From Candidatus Moraniibacteriota bacterium (GTDB lineage Bacteria > Patescibacteriota > Minisyncoccia > Moranbacterales > GWC2-37-73): 64,000 nucleotides of DNA. The translations under genes and the position numbers were made by a program. Below, in pieces: positions 38,065 through 47,119 of the stretch (its first letter is position 1; the number at the start of each line of letters is the position of its first letter). Below the pieces are notes generated by a model, which saw only the letters and a program-made list of their open reading frames with translations, was not told the DNA's origin and made no database searches. The stretch is taken from assembly GCA_003507445.1 (NCBI GenBank), contig DNVR01000019.1, positions 76,395-140,394 of the forward strand, read 5' to 3'.

Positions 38065-39261
38065 GTGATGTTTGAATTATTATCACAAAAAAATAATAGA
38101 CGTATTGGAAAACTGCACACTAAAAGCGGAGTTATTGAAACACCGTTTTTTATGCCGATTGCAACCAAAGGTGCAGTAAAAAATGTTTCGCCCGAGGATT
38201 TGATTGCTATTGGGGCGCAGATTGTGCTTGGAAACACTTATCATCTTTGGCTTAGGCCGGGAGATGAGCTTATTGCTAAGGCTGGTGGACTTCATAGATT
38301 TATGAATTGGGATGGCCCTATTTTGACAGACTCGGGAGGATATCAAGTTTTTTCTTTGGGTGCGCGCGCCAAGGAAAAATATGGATCAAGTGGAGTTTCA
38401 CTTGATGAAAAAGGCGTTAGTTTTGTTGATCCAACCAATGGTAGTAAACACTTTATGTCGCCAGAAAAATCCATTGATATTCAACTTAATCTTGGTAGTG
38501 ATATTGTTATGGTGCTGGATGAATGCCCACCCTTTCCTTGTTCTCACGAGGATGCAAAAAAATCTTTGGAGCTTACAACAAGGTGGGCAGCTCGTTGTTT
38601 CAAGCATTTTCATAAAAAGGTCGCTGAAAATTCGGAAAAATATGCAAAGGGCAGACCGCTTTTGTTCTGTATAGTGCAGGGAAGTATATATGAAGACTTG
38701 AGGAAAGAGAGCGTGCATCAATTGATGAATATTGAATTTTCCGCTTTGGGCGGACCAGTCTCAGGTTGGGATGGATATGCCATCGGGGGTGTGGCAGTAG
38801 GAGAGCCTAGAAAACATCTTTATGATATTTTGCAGTGGGTGGTTCCATTTTTGCCAACTGACAAACCTCGCTATTTGATGGGCCTGGGTAAACCAGAAGA
38901 ATTGGTGGCTGCAGTAGAAGCGGGAATGGATATGTTTGATTGCGTTATTCCTACACGCGAAGGAAGACATGGGCGCCTCTTCCAGTGGAAGAGAATTTCC
39001 AATTTCCAATTTCCAATTTCCAATGACAAGGAATGCGTTGATTTGCAAGGTGATTTTTATGAAACTATAAACATCAATAATGAACAATTCAAGGAAGATT
39101 TTACCCCTATAGATTCGCAGTGTGATTGTTATGCTTGTAAAAACTTCACTAAGGCTTATCTTAATCACTTGCTTAGGACTGATGAGCCATTCTTTTTGAA
39201 ACTTGCTTCGGTGCATAACCTGAGATTTTATCATAGACTAATGGAACTTCTTCGTAAATAA
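38065..39261 (+). CDS. tgt: Queuine tRNA-ribosyltransferase with an in-frame (AATTTCC)4 insertion
   Basis: TPFFMPIATKGAV, LGNTYHLWLRPG, DSGGYQVFSLG, and a C-terminal Zn site (CDCYACKNF). The inserted peptide NFQFPISN is encoded at 38994-39023. Confidence 0.9.
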   Translation: MMFELLSQKNNRRIGKLHTKSGVIETPFFMPIATKGAVKNVSPEDLIAIGAQIVLGNTYHLWLRPGDELIAKAGGLHRFMNWDGPILTDSGGYQVFSLGARAKEKYGSSGVSLDEKGVSFVDPTNGSKHFMSPEKSIDIQLNLGSDIVMVLDECPPFPCSHEDAKKSLELTTRWAARCFKHFHKKVAENSEKYAKGRPLLFCIVQGSIYEDLRKESVHQLMNIEFSALGGPVSGWDGYAIGGVAVGEPRKHLYDILQWVVPFLPTDKPRYLMGLGKPEELVAAVEAGMDMFDCVIPTREGRHGRLFQWKRISNFQFPISNDKECVDLQGDFYETININNEQFKEDFTPIDSQCDCYACKNFTKAYLNHLLRTDEPFFLKLASVHNLRFYHRLMELLRK

Positions 39262-39376
39262 TAACAATGAGTATTGTATATGTTAAATTGTGAAATATTT
39301 TCAATTGATGTTGCGTATAAGTGATAGAAGTGCCTCTAATTAACAAAAATAACAAAAAATAATTATTAAAAGCAGG

Positions 39377-39474
39377 CATTTTAACAATTTTACTACCTTT
39401 TAATTGGTAGGAGCGAATTAATTTAAAAAGCCATTTTGGCAATTTTACTACCTTTTAATTGGTAGGAGCGAATT
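39377..39474 (+). promoter_or_regulatory. Two tandem ~44-bp direct repeats, each with a TACC-N8-GGTA hairpin (candidate ArsR-family operators)
   Basis: cattttaacaattttactaccttttaattggtaggagcgaatt and ccattttggcaattttactaccttttaattggtaggagcgaatt, immediately upstream of the ArsR-family gene. Confidence 0.5.
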
Positions 39475-39498
39475 GACAGGGTCGGTTAATAAAAAAGT

Positions 39499-39810
39499 AT
39501 GAAAAAAGCAGTTAAAAAAAATGGTAAGCAGCCAGACAAGCAGTTTTTGGAGGTTAACAAATTTTTAAAAATAGTTTCTGATGAAAATAGGTTGAGAATT
39601 TTGGTGTTACTTGAAAAAGGTTCTTTGAATGTAACTGATATTCATAGTAAATTAAAACTTCCTCAGAATTTAACATCTCATCATATTTCTAAGTTGAAAA
39701 GTGTTGATCTTTTGGTGGAAAAAAGAGAGGGAACATTCAGACACTATAGCGTTAATGCAAAGAAAATCAAGGAATACAATCAAATGTTTTTGAAACTTAT
39801 GAATGTGTAA
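39499..39810 (+). CDS. ArsR/SmtB-family transcriptional regulator
   Basis: LKIVSDENRLRILVLLEKGSLNVTDIHSKLKLPQNLTSHHISKLKSVDLL is a winged HTH of the ArsR family. Confidence 0.8.
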   Translation: MKKAVKKNGKQPDKQFLEVNKFLKIVSDENRLRILVLLEKGSLNVTDIHSKLKLPQNLTSHHISKLKSVDLLVEKREGTFRHYSVNAKKIKEYNQMFLKLMNV

Positions 39811-40034
39811 TATTTGATTCTTTCGCATTTCAAATTAAACGAACTACTTATCCACAGTAGTTCGTTTTTTTGTGAATAATTTGTGTACTGTTTTGGTTTT
39901 TTATGTTAATATTATATTAATTAAATGCGCTGAAATTGTGCAAGCTGTTTTGTGGATTTAAAAGAAACATAAAAATAAAATAACCCCAGTGAAATAGTAT
40001 TTTGAGTACAAAATAATTTCACGGGGCAAGAAAA

Positions 40035-41345
40035 ATGATCGAGCCATGCATAAAGGTTGACCAGCTCAGGGTTATATACAACAAAGGAAAGTCTAATGAA
40101 GTTCGTTCATTGGATGGTGTTAGCGTTGAAATTTATCCCGAAGAATATATTATCATTTATGGACCTTCCGGTTGTGGGAAGTCGACTTTGCTGTATGGGA
40201 TTTCGGGACTTCAAGCTCCGACATATGGCGATGTGATTGTGCAGGGAAAAAATCTTGCACAAATGACAAAACGTGAAACAGTGGAGTTTCATCAAACGCA
40301 AGTAGGAATGGTTTTTCAAGCCTTTTATCTTATTGAAACGCTGACTGTTTTGGACAACGTTTGTTTGCCTAAGGTTTTTCGTGGTGAAGGTTTGAAAGAA
40401 AGGCGTGAAAAAGCAATGGAGCTTTTGAGACGTTTTAGTATTTCTGAGCAGGCTGACAAATTTCCAGCGCAACTTTCCGGTGGTCAAAAACAACGCGTTT
40501 CTATTGCTCGAGCCCTGGTAAACAATCCAGAGATCATTTTGGCTGATGAGCCGGTGGGAAATTTGGACTCTGAATCTGCGCAAAATGTGTTGGATATTTT
40601 CAAAGAAATCAATGAAATTGACAAGAAAACTTTGATTATGGTTACTCATAATCCAGAGCACCTTATTTATGCCGATCGCATCATTCATATGAAGGACGGA
40701 AAGAAAGTTAGTGAGGAAGTGAATCACGACAAGCGTCCTAAGGAAGCATTGATCAAGGATGTGGCTGCGACGCCAGATGAAATTTCTAGTGAGCTTAAGC
40801 TTTTGATGCGCACATTTAAAAATTTGTCATTACAACAAGTTGGAGTTTTGCTTATTCCTTTTAAGGCAAAGCAATTGCTTACTCATATTATTTCGGAACT
40901 TAATGAGGAACAGGTTGGTGCTGCTGAAAATTTGTTGAAAGAATTTTTGTTTAAAAATATCGATAGCACGGGACTTTCAGAAAAATTGGATTTGGATTTT
41001 GACAAAGGTGGCGCTGGCTGGAACAAAATAAGGGCAATGTCATTTACTGATCGCACGAAAAAAATCTTGTCGCAAGCCGAAATTTTAAACAGCGATCAAG
41101 AAACAAACATCGTTACATTTTCAGATTATTTGGCAGACTTGTATCATTTGAAACTTGATGATGAGATAATGCTTCGATTCAGGTCATTTATAAAATTGCG
41201 AGTGGAAAACAGGATTGATCGATTTGGACTTCAGCAACGACTTGATACATCAAAGAAACTGGGTGGTGCAGGATTATACAAGGGCAGTGCTGAAAAAGTT
41301 GTTCGCGAGGTTGAGCTTATAATGCTTTTGAAATATTCAGCGTAA
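40035..41345 (+). CDS. ABC transporter ATP-binding protein (MacB/FtsE-like) with a ~200-aa C-terminal extension of unknown function
   Basis: GPSGCGKSTL Walker A, LSGGQKQRVSIARAL signature, and ILADEP Walker B. Residues ~230-436 have no recognisable domain. Confidence 0.85.
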   Translation: MIEPCIKVDQLRVIYNKGKSNEVRSLDGVSVEIYPEEYIIIYGPSGCGKSTLLYGISGLQAPTYGDVIVQGKNLAQMTKRETVEFHQTQVGMVFQAFYLIETLTVLDNVCLPKVFRGEGLKERREKAMELLRRFSISEQADKFPAQLSGGQKQRVSIARALVNNPEIILADEPVGNLDSESAQNVLDIFKEINEIDKKTLIMVTHNPEHLIYADRIIHMKDGKKVSEEVNHDKRPKEALIKDVAATPDEISSELKLLMRTFKNLSLQQVGVLLIPFKAKQLLTHIISELNEEQVGAAENLLKEFLFKNIDSTGLSEKLDLDFDKGGAGWNKIRAMSFTDRTKKILSQAEILNSDQETNIVTFSDYLADLYHLKLDDEIMLRFRSFIKLRVENRIDRFGLQQRLDTSKKLGGAGLYKGSAEKVVREVELIMLLKYSA

Positions 41346-41397
41346 GTCTGCAAATATAAAAAATTTACAAAAGTACGAAATTACAAAAAAATAAAAT

Positions 41398-42627
41398 ATG
41401 AGATTTATAGATTTGTTCAAATTATCAACCAGAATGTTTAAAGCGAGAACCTCTCGAACGCTTTTGACTGTTTTGGGTATGAGTATTGGTATCGGTGCTA
41501 TTTTGTTTTTGGTTTCATTGGGTTATGGACTTCAAAAAACTTTGTTGGAAAGAATCACAACATCAGACTCTCTTTTGACTCTGGATATTTCTGAAGCAAA
41601 ATCAGGAATCGTTTCTTTGGATAATGAGATGATCAAAAAAATTGAAGCTATGCCAGGAGTTGAAGATGTAAGTCCTGCCTTTCAAATTACTACACAAGGA
41701 CATTTGGATGATCTTTCTGCTGATTTGGTTACTATTGGTTCCAAACCTTCATTTTTGAAATTAGGCGGATACAAGCCAAGCAAGGGAGTGCTGCTTAGCG
41801 ACGATAATCAAAACGGAATTGTTATAAGCAGCGCAGTAGGACAAGTTTTTGGTAAAACCGTTGATGAAATGCTTGGAAAGGATATGACATTTTCGTTTTT
41901 TGTGCCAAGAGCTGCTGCTACTGTTGATGACGCGGGCAACACTTCTGATGCTCAATCGCAAAGTGATTTTGAAAAGGTTGACAGTGAAATACGATACAAA
42001 ATTATTGGAGTTATTGAGGGCGAGGACAATGTTGTATACGTCAATAAAGCATCTCTTAATGATTTGAAAATTGATAAATATGGACAAGTTAAGGTTAAGA
42101 CAAAATCAAACGGGGAAATGGGTATTATCCGAGATGCAATTTTGGAATATGGTCTATTGGTTTCATCTCTTTCTGATACTGTTGATCAAGCAAATCAAAT
42201 TTTCAAAGTTGTGCAGATAATCTTGATGCTTTTTGGAATCATTGCTTTGGTTGTTTCCGCTATTGGTATGTTTAACACAATGACAATAACATTGCTTGAA
42301 AGAACGGAAGAAATTGGGATTATGAAGTCAATCGGAGCTTCTGATATGGGTATCTCCGTTATGTTTTTTATGGAATCTGCAATTATGGGATTCTTGGGTG
42401 GTTGCGCCGGAGTTGCGATTGGTTGGCTTGGAGGACAAGGATTCAACATTATTATCAATATGGTTGCTGTCAGGTTTGGTGGACAATCAGTAAGTCTTTT
42501 TTATAGTCCTACTTGGTTTATTCTTGCAATCCTAGCCTTTTCTGGAATTGTCGGATTCTTCACTGGGCTTGTCCCAGCGCGTCGTGCCAGCAAAATCGAT
42601 CCACTGGACGCACTTCGTTATAAATAA
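41398..42627 (+). CDS. ABC transporter permease, FtsX/MacB-type, with a large extracytoplasmic domain
   Basis: TM1 (LLTVLGMSIGIGAILFLVSLGYGL), a ~230-aa extracytoplasmic domain, then three C-terminal TM helices of the FtsX fold. Confidence 0.8.
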   Translation: MRFIDLFKLSTRMFKARTSRTLLTVLGMSIGIGAILFLVSLGYGLQKTLLERITTSDSLLTLDISEAKSGIVSLDNEMIKKIEAMPGVEDVSPAFQITTQGHLDDLSADLVTIGSKPSFLKLGGYKPSKGVLLSDDNQNGIVISSAVGQVFGKTVDEMLGKDMTFSFFVPRAAATVDDAGNTSDAQSQSDFEKVDSEIRYKIIGVIEGEDNVVYVNKASLNDLKIDKYGQVKVKTKSNGEMGIIRDAILEYGLLVSSLSDTVDQANQIFKVVQIILMLFGIIALVVSAIGMFNTMTITLLERTEEIGIMKSIGASDMGISVMFFMESAIMGFLGGCAGVAIGWLGGQGFNIIINMVAVRFGGQSVSLFYSPTWFILAILAFSGIVGFFTGLVPARRASKIDPLDALRYK

Positions 42628-42769
42628 GTATCCATTTTTGCAGTTTGTTTTTTTTGAGATGACTCTTGAATATGACAACGTTTGATTGTGTGGTACAATG
42701 AATATATTAATCTGTACTAATTTATAGTTTCAGATTGATTAAATATTTTCGCATAACTTTCCTGCTAAT

Positions 42770-45700
42770 ATGAAAAAATATATAATACTTTTTTCTCTCA
42801 ATAAATCTTTTAAATTTAAAAATAATTTAAATTCATTAACATTTGTTTTTCTTTTTGCAATTCTGTCTGCAGAATTGTTTTTTGGTTTTAGTGATAATGC
42901 TCGCGCTGCAACAATAACAACAGCACAAACAGGTGACTATTCGGCAACTTCAACATGGGTTGGTGGCGTTTTGCCAGATCCAGCTTTAGACACAGTGGTT
43001 GTTGCTGTTGGGCACACACTTACACTTGATGACACTCGTTCTATTCCGGCGACCACCATTGAAGGATCATTAACTCAGGGGACCGGTGTAGTAACAACAC
43101 TTGCTGGTGTGCTTACTATTGGTAACGGCACAGGTAAAAATGGTACGTTTACCTTCGGTGCTGGCTCCACATTAGCGATGGAAACATTTAATGTGGCATT
43201 AAATAATTGTAATTTACGATCAAATTCTGTTAGCGACAATTGGGCAGTTGTTACAGGGACTGGAGCATGGCTGACGGGTGCAATTACTGGGCCAACCCAA
43301 GATGTTCAATTATCTTACGTGTCATTTCAACATACTGGAGTATTCACGTTATCATTACGTACAACAACTGGATCACTGACAAATCTAGTAGATTTGTCTC
43401 ACGCTGCATTTATTGGCACTGGGGCTATAACAATAGGCACGGCAGGGTGGACATCACCGACTGTGCCTGTAACTATTGAATACTCAGATTTTCGCAACAC
43501 CAGTACGATCATTTTTTATAATACAAGTACTGATCCAGTTACATCCAGAGTTTCGATAGAATATAACACGTTCTCTGTAACATCTAGCATAGCATTTCCA
43601 CGAAAAGCCACTGTTCAATATAATGTATTTGATCAGTCTGCTGTTATTAATGCAAATGCTGGTATTAATATGTTAGTACGAGATAATCTTTTTATTCAGA
43701 GAAATGTAGCATCTGGGTCTTCTGCTTATACAATAACATCAACGACTCTTGCGAGTGATAATTATTTTTATAGTCCATCATCCCAATTGAATTCACATGC
43801 AATTCAAACATCTACTGGTACAGCTACAGCATCCAATAACATTTTTGAATTTTGGGGCACAGAACCTAATATAATAAATTATCAACCTAATTCTAATTTG
43901 ACAGTGAATAACAATATTGCATTTGGTGCTGGTAACATTTCCCTTGTAACTGTTGGCAGTAATAGCACGAGCGGGTTTTTGACGATAACTAATAATACTC
44001 AAAAATGCAATAATGCTGCTGCGTCTGGTTTGTTATTGGTTGAAAACACGAGCCATACTGGAAGTATCACAACTGTAAAAAATAATTTAGTCATTCCTGT
44101 CACTTCTAATCCTTATCTGATAGTCGCAAATGTTCCTACAAATACTATTAATATTGCATCTAGTGATTATAATGCAATGCCAGGAACACAATTAAGCTCG
44201 TATAAAGAAATTGATAGTGTGGGCGACAGAACTCATGAAATTTATGATTTTATTCCAACATTGTTAGATTCAACTAGATCTTTTGCTACTTGGGGTTCTG
44301 CGATTGCAGGTACTGATGGCACAGATATTGCTTTGATTGATAAATTTCTCGCCATTAATGGTTATAATTCCACAACAAAAATCCAAAGCAATCAGCCCTC
44401 TGGCCTAAGCATTATTGGCACACCAACATCACTGATTGATTGGGTGCGTTATGGATTTACCCCTACTAGCACAGAACTCAAAGCCGCAGGTGAGGGTGGT
44501 GTTGATATCGGTGCAGTCTCAGTAGCTGACACTGCTGCGCCAACTGACACGACAATCTCAATTAATTCAAACGCAACTGCAACCAATTCTGCAACAGTAA
44601 CACTTACTCTTTCAGCAACAGACTCTTTCGGTGTTACTCAAATGAAATTTAGCAACGATAATATTACATATGCTGATCCAGTTGCATATGCAACCGAAGC
44701 AAGTCACACTTTATCAGCAGGAAATGGAACAAAAACTGTATACGTGAAATATGGCGATGCAGCAAACAATTGGTCAAACGCAGTTTCTGATGAAATAATA
44801 TTAGACACAATTTCCCCAACCACATCTGCCAATATTTCAACTGGAACATTTAACGTAGCTCAAGATGTCACACTGACTTGCGATGATGGCACTGGCAGCG
44901 GTTGCGACAAAATATATTATACAACTGACAATTCTGACCCAACCACATCCTCAACTCAATATACAGCCCCAATTAATATTCCAACTACCACCACTTTAAA
45001 ATATTTTTCGCAAGATTTGGCAACAAATTCGGAAACAATTAATTCTCAAACATATACCATTGATACTGCAGCTCCAAACACAACAATAACCGACGGTCCT
45101 GAAGCATTAACAAATGCTGTGGCCGCAACATTTCAATTTGATGCAACTGAAACCGCTACTTTCCAATGTAAAATAGATGGCGAGACTTTTGCCTCTTGCG
45201 AAAGTCCCAAAGAATACACAAGTCTTGCTGAGGGAGAACACACCTTTTATGTCAAAGCAATTGACAGTGCAACTAACGAAGATCTGACCCCTGCTAGTTT
45301 TACTTGGAATATTGATATTACAGCTCCAACAACCACTCCAAGTATAGAAGGTGGTACATTTGATTTGGCTCAAAGTCTGACACTTTCTTGCGCTGACAAT
45401 TTAGCAGATTGCGACAAAATATATTATACAACTGATGGCTCGATCCCAACTACCAGCTCGCAAGTTTTTTCTGGCACACTTGTCATAAATGCAACCACCA
45501 CACTTAAATTTTTCTCGCAGGATCTTTTGGGAAATTCTGAGACTCCAAAAACGCAGATATATACCATAAACACCCAGCAAACAGATGATAATCAAACAAT
45601 TTTAATTCCAACTCCCAAGCTTTTCAGTAATGATAATAGAAAATCTTTTTCTACCATACTTAAATCAAACAAGGTAAAACTTTCCAGCACAATTGTTGAT

Positions 45701-46132
45701 TTGAGAGGAGGAAACATCAAAATTACTAACGGTTCAAAAACAATAAAAGAAGTTTCCATCGATGAATTTGGCAAATGGAATGCTAATTTTAAGGCTAAGA
45801 AATTTAGAATTCATTATCTAAACGCCAGTGGAGAGGAAGTTTCAATTTCAAAACAATACAAACTTAAGATAGATGATGAAAAACCAGAAATTAAACCATT
45901 AGCTCCTCTTTACATTAAACATCGAGGCTCAATCATTTCTTGGCAAGCTTCTGATAACAGAGGAGTTCATCATTTCAGCATTGCTTTTGGTAATAAGAAA
46001 ATCAAAACCAAAAAATCTCAAGTTACCGTGCCTTCTTCTGTCAAAAAAGGACTTCAAACTTTTACCATCACAGCCTATGACAAAGCAGGGAACAAGACCA
46101 GTCAGAAAGGAAATTTGGTTGTGACTTGGTAG
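42770..46132 (+). CDS. Large secreted surface protein: right-handed beta-helix region plus repeated chitobiase/hexosaminidase-C-like (CHB_HEX_C) domains
   Basis: 1120 aa with an N-terminal signal/anchor. Long T/S/N-rich beta-helix-like region, then repeats such as CDKIYYTTDNSDPTTSSTQYTAPINIPTTTTLKYFSQDLATNSE. Confidence 0.6.
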   Translation: MKKYIILFSLNKSFKFKNNLNSLTFVFLFAILSAELFFGFSDNARAATITTAQTGDYSATSTWVGGVLPDPALDTVVVAVGHTLTLDDTRSIPATTIEGSLTQGTGVVTTLAGVLTIGNGTGKNGTFTFGAGSTLAMETFNVALNNCNLRSNSVSDNWAVVTGTGAWLTGAITGPTQDVQLSYVSFQHTGVFTLSLRTTTGSLTNLVDLSHAAFIGTGAITIGTAGWTSPTVPVTIEYSDFRNTSTIIFYNTSTDPVTSRVSIEYNTFSVTSSIAFPRKATVQYNVFDQSAVINANAGINMLVRDNLFIQRNVASGSSAYTITSTTLASDNYFYSPSSQLNSHAIQTSTGTATASNNIFEFWGTEPNIINYQPNSNLTVNNNIAFGAGNISLVTVGSNSTSGFLTITNNTQKCNNAAASGLLLVENTSHTGSITTVKNNLVIPVTSNPYLIVANVPTNTINIASSDYNAMPGTQLSSYKEIDSVGDRTHEIYDFIPTLLDSTRSFATWGSAIAGTDGTDIALIDKFLAINGYNSTTKIQSNQPSGLSIIGTPTSLIDWVRYGFTPTSTELKAAGEGGVDIGAVSVADTAAPTDTTISINSNATATNSATVTLTLSATDSFGVTQMKFSNDNITYADPVAYATEASHTLSAGNGTKTVYVKYGDAANNWSNAVSDEIILDTISPTTSANISTGTFNVAQDVTLTCDDGTGSGCDKIYYTTDNSDPTTSSTQYTAPINIPTTTTLKYFSQDLATNSETINSQTYTIDTAAPNTTITDGPEALTNAVAATFQFDATETATFQCKIDGETFASCESPKEYTSLAEGEHTFYVKAIDSATNEDLTPASFTWNIDITAPTTTPSIEGGTFDLAQSLTLSCADNLADCDKIYYTTDGSIPTTSSQVFSGTLVINATTTLKFFSQDLLGNSETPKTQIYTINTQQTDDNQTILIPTPKLFSNDNRKSFSTILKSNKVKLSSTIVDLRGGNIKITNGSKTIKEVSIDEFGKWNANFKAKKFRIHYLNASGEEVSISKQYKLKIDDEKPEIKPLAPLYIKHRGSIISWQASDNRGVHHFSIAFGNKKIKTKKSQVTVPSSVKKGLQTFTITAYDKAGNKTSQKGNLVVTW

Positions 46133-46187
46133 GAAAAAATAATATATACGCTTGCGAATAGCCCAAAATTGGGCTATTGTTATATTT

Positions 46188-47030
46188 ATGAAACTTTTAT
46201 ATGGAAAACTGGTGGCGCAAATATTATTAAGTCGTTTGAAAAACGATATTTTAATGCTGGATAAAAAACCAGGGTTGGCAGTTGTCTTGGTGGGAAATGA
46301 CTCCGCATCGAAGTTGTATGTTGATCTTAAAGAAAAAAAAGCTGAGGAAATTGGAATAAATTTTTCCCGCTATGATTTTCCTGAAAATGTTTCCCAAGAT
46401 GAAATTTTATCTCAAATTGAAAAACTTAATGCTGATGAAAAAATCAATGGGATTATTGTGCAACTTCCTTTGCCGAAAAATTTTGATACGCAAAAAATCA
46501 TATCAAGTATTGATCCAAAAAAAGATGTTGATGGATTTCATCCTGAAAATACCCAGCTTTTTTTAAAAGGAGAAGCTGGAATGTCTCCAGTTTTTCCGCG
46601 TGCTATTGCGCAGTTGATCAAAAGTGTTGGAGAAAATTTGAATGGCAAAACTGGCATTGTGATTGCAAATTCAGACGAATTTGGGCAAATAATGAGCACA
46701 ATGCTGTCGCGTGAAAACGTGATCGCACAATATGTTTTGACTGAGAACATACCCTCGAAACTCGGGGAAATTAAGGTCTCAGACATCGTGGTAAGCGCTG
46801 TGGGCTCGCCAGGGCTTCTTGGGGGTCAAATGTTTAAAGATGGCTCTATTATTATTGATGGTGGTATTGAAAAAGTGGGCGACAGTGTTCTGGGAGATGT
46901 TGATTTTGCCTCAACAGAGGCTCTTTCTGGCTGGATCACGCCTGTTCCGGGTGGAGTTGGACCACTCACAATCGCTTGTCTCTTGGAAAACACATTTTTG
47001 GCCTTTGAGGCTCAACAAAAGGAAAAATAG
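46188..47030 (+). CDS. folD: Bifunctional methylenetetrahydrofolate dehydrogenase/cyclohydrolase
   Basis: PGLAVVLVGNDSASKLYV, GIIVQLPLP, DVDGFHPEN, and TPVPGGVGPLTIA motifs. Confidence 0.88.
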   Translation: MKLLYGKLVAQILLSRLKNDILMLDKKPGLAVVLVGNDSASKLYVDLKEKKAEEIGINFSRYDFPENVSQDEILSQIEKLNADEKINGIIVQLPLPKNFDTQKIISSIDPKKDVDGFHPENTQLFLKGEAGMSPVFPRAIAQLIKSVGENLNGKTGIVIANSDEFGQIMSTMLSRENVIAQYVLTENIPSKLGEIKVSDIVVSAVGSPGLLGGQMFKDGSIIIDGGIEKVGDSVLGDVDFASTEALSGWITPVPGGVGPLTIACLLENTFLAFEAQQKEK

Positions 47031-47062
47031 TATTGATCTTGCATATATTGTGTGATATTATA

Positions 47063-47095
47063 AAAACAACTTAAGAAGGGTTGTTTTTATTTTTG
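47063..47095 (+). terminator. Rho-independent terminator after folD
   Basis: aaaaacaacttaagaagggttgttttt followed by atttttg. Confidence 0.6.
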
Positions 47096-47119
47096 TATAA
47101 ATTTGTAACTTTTAGATAT

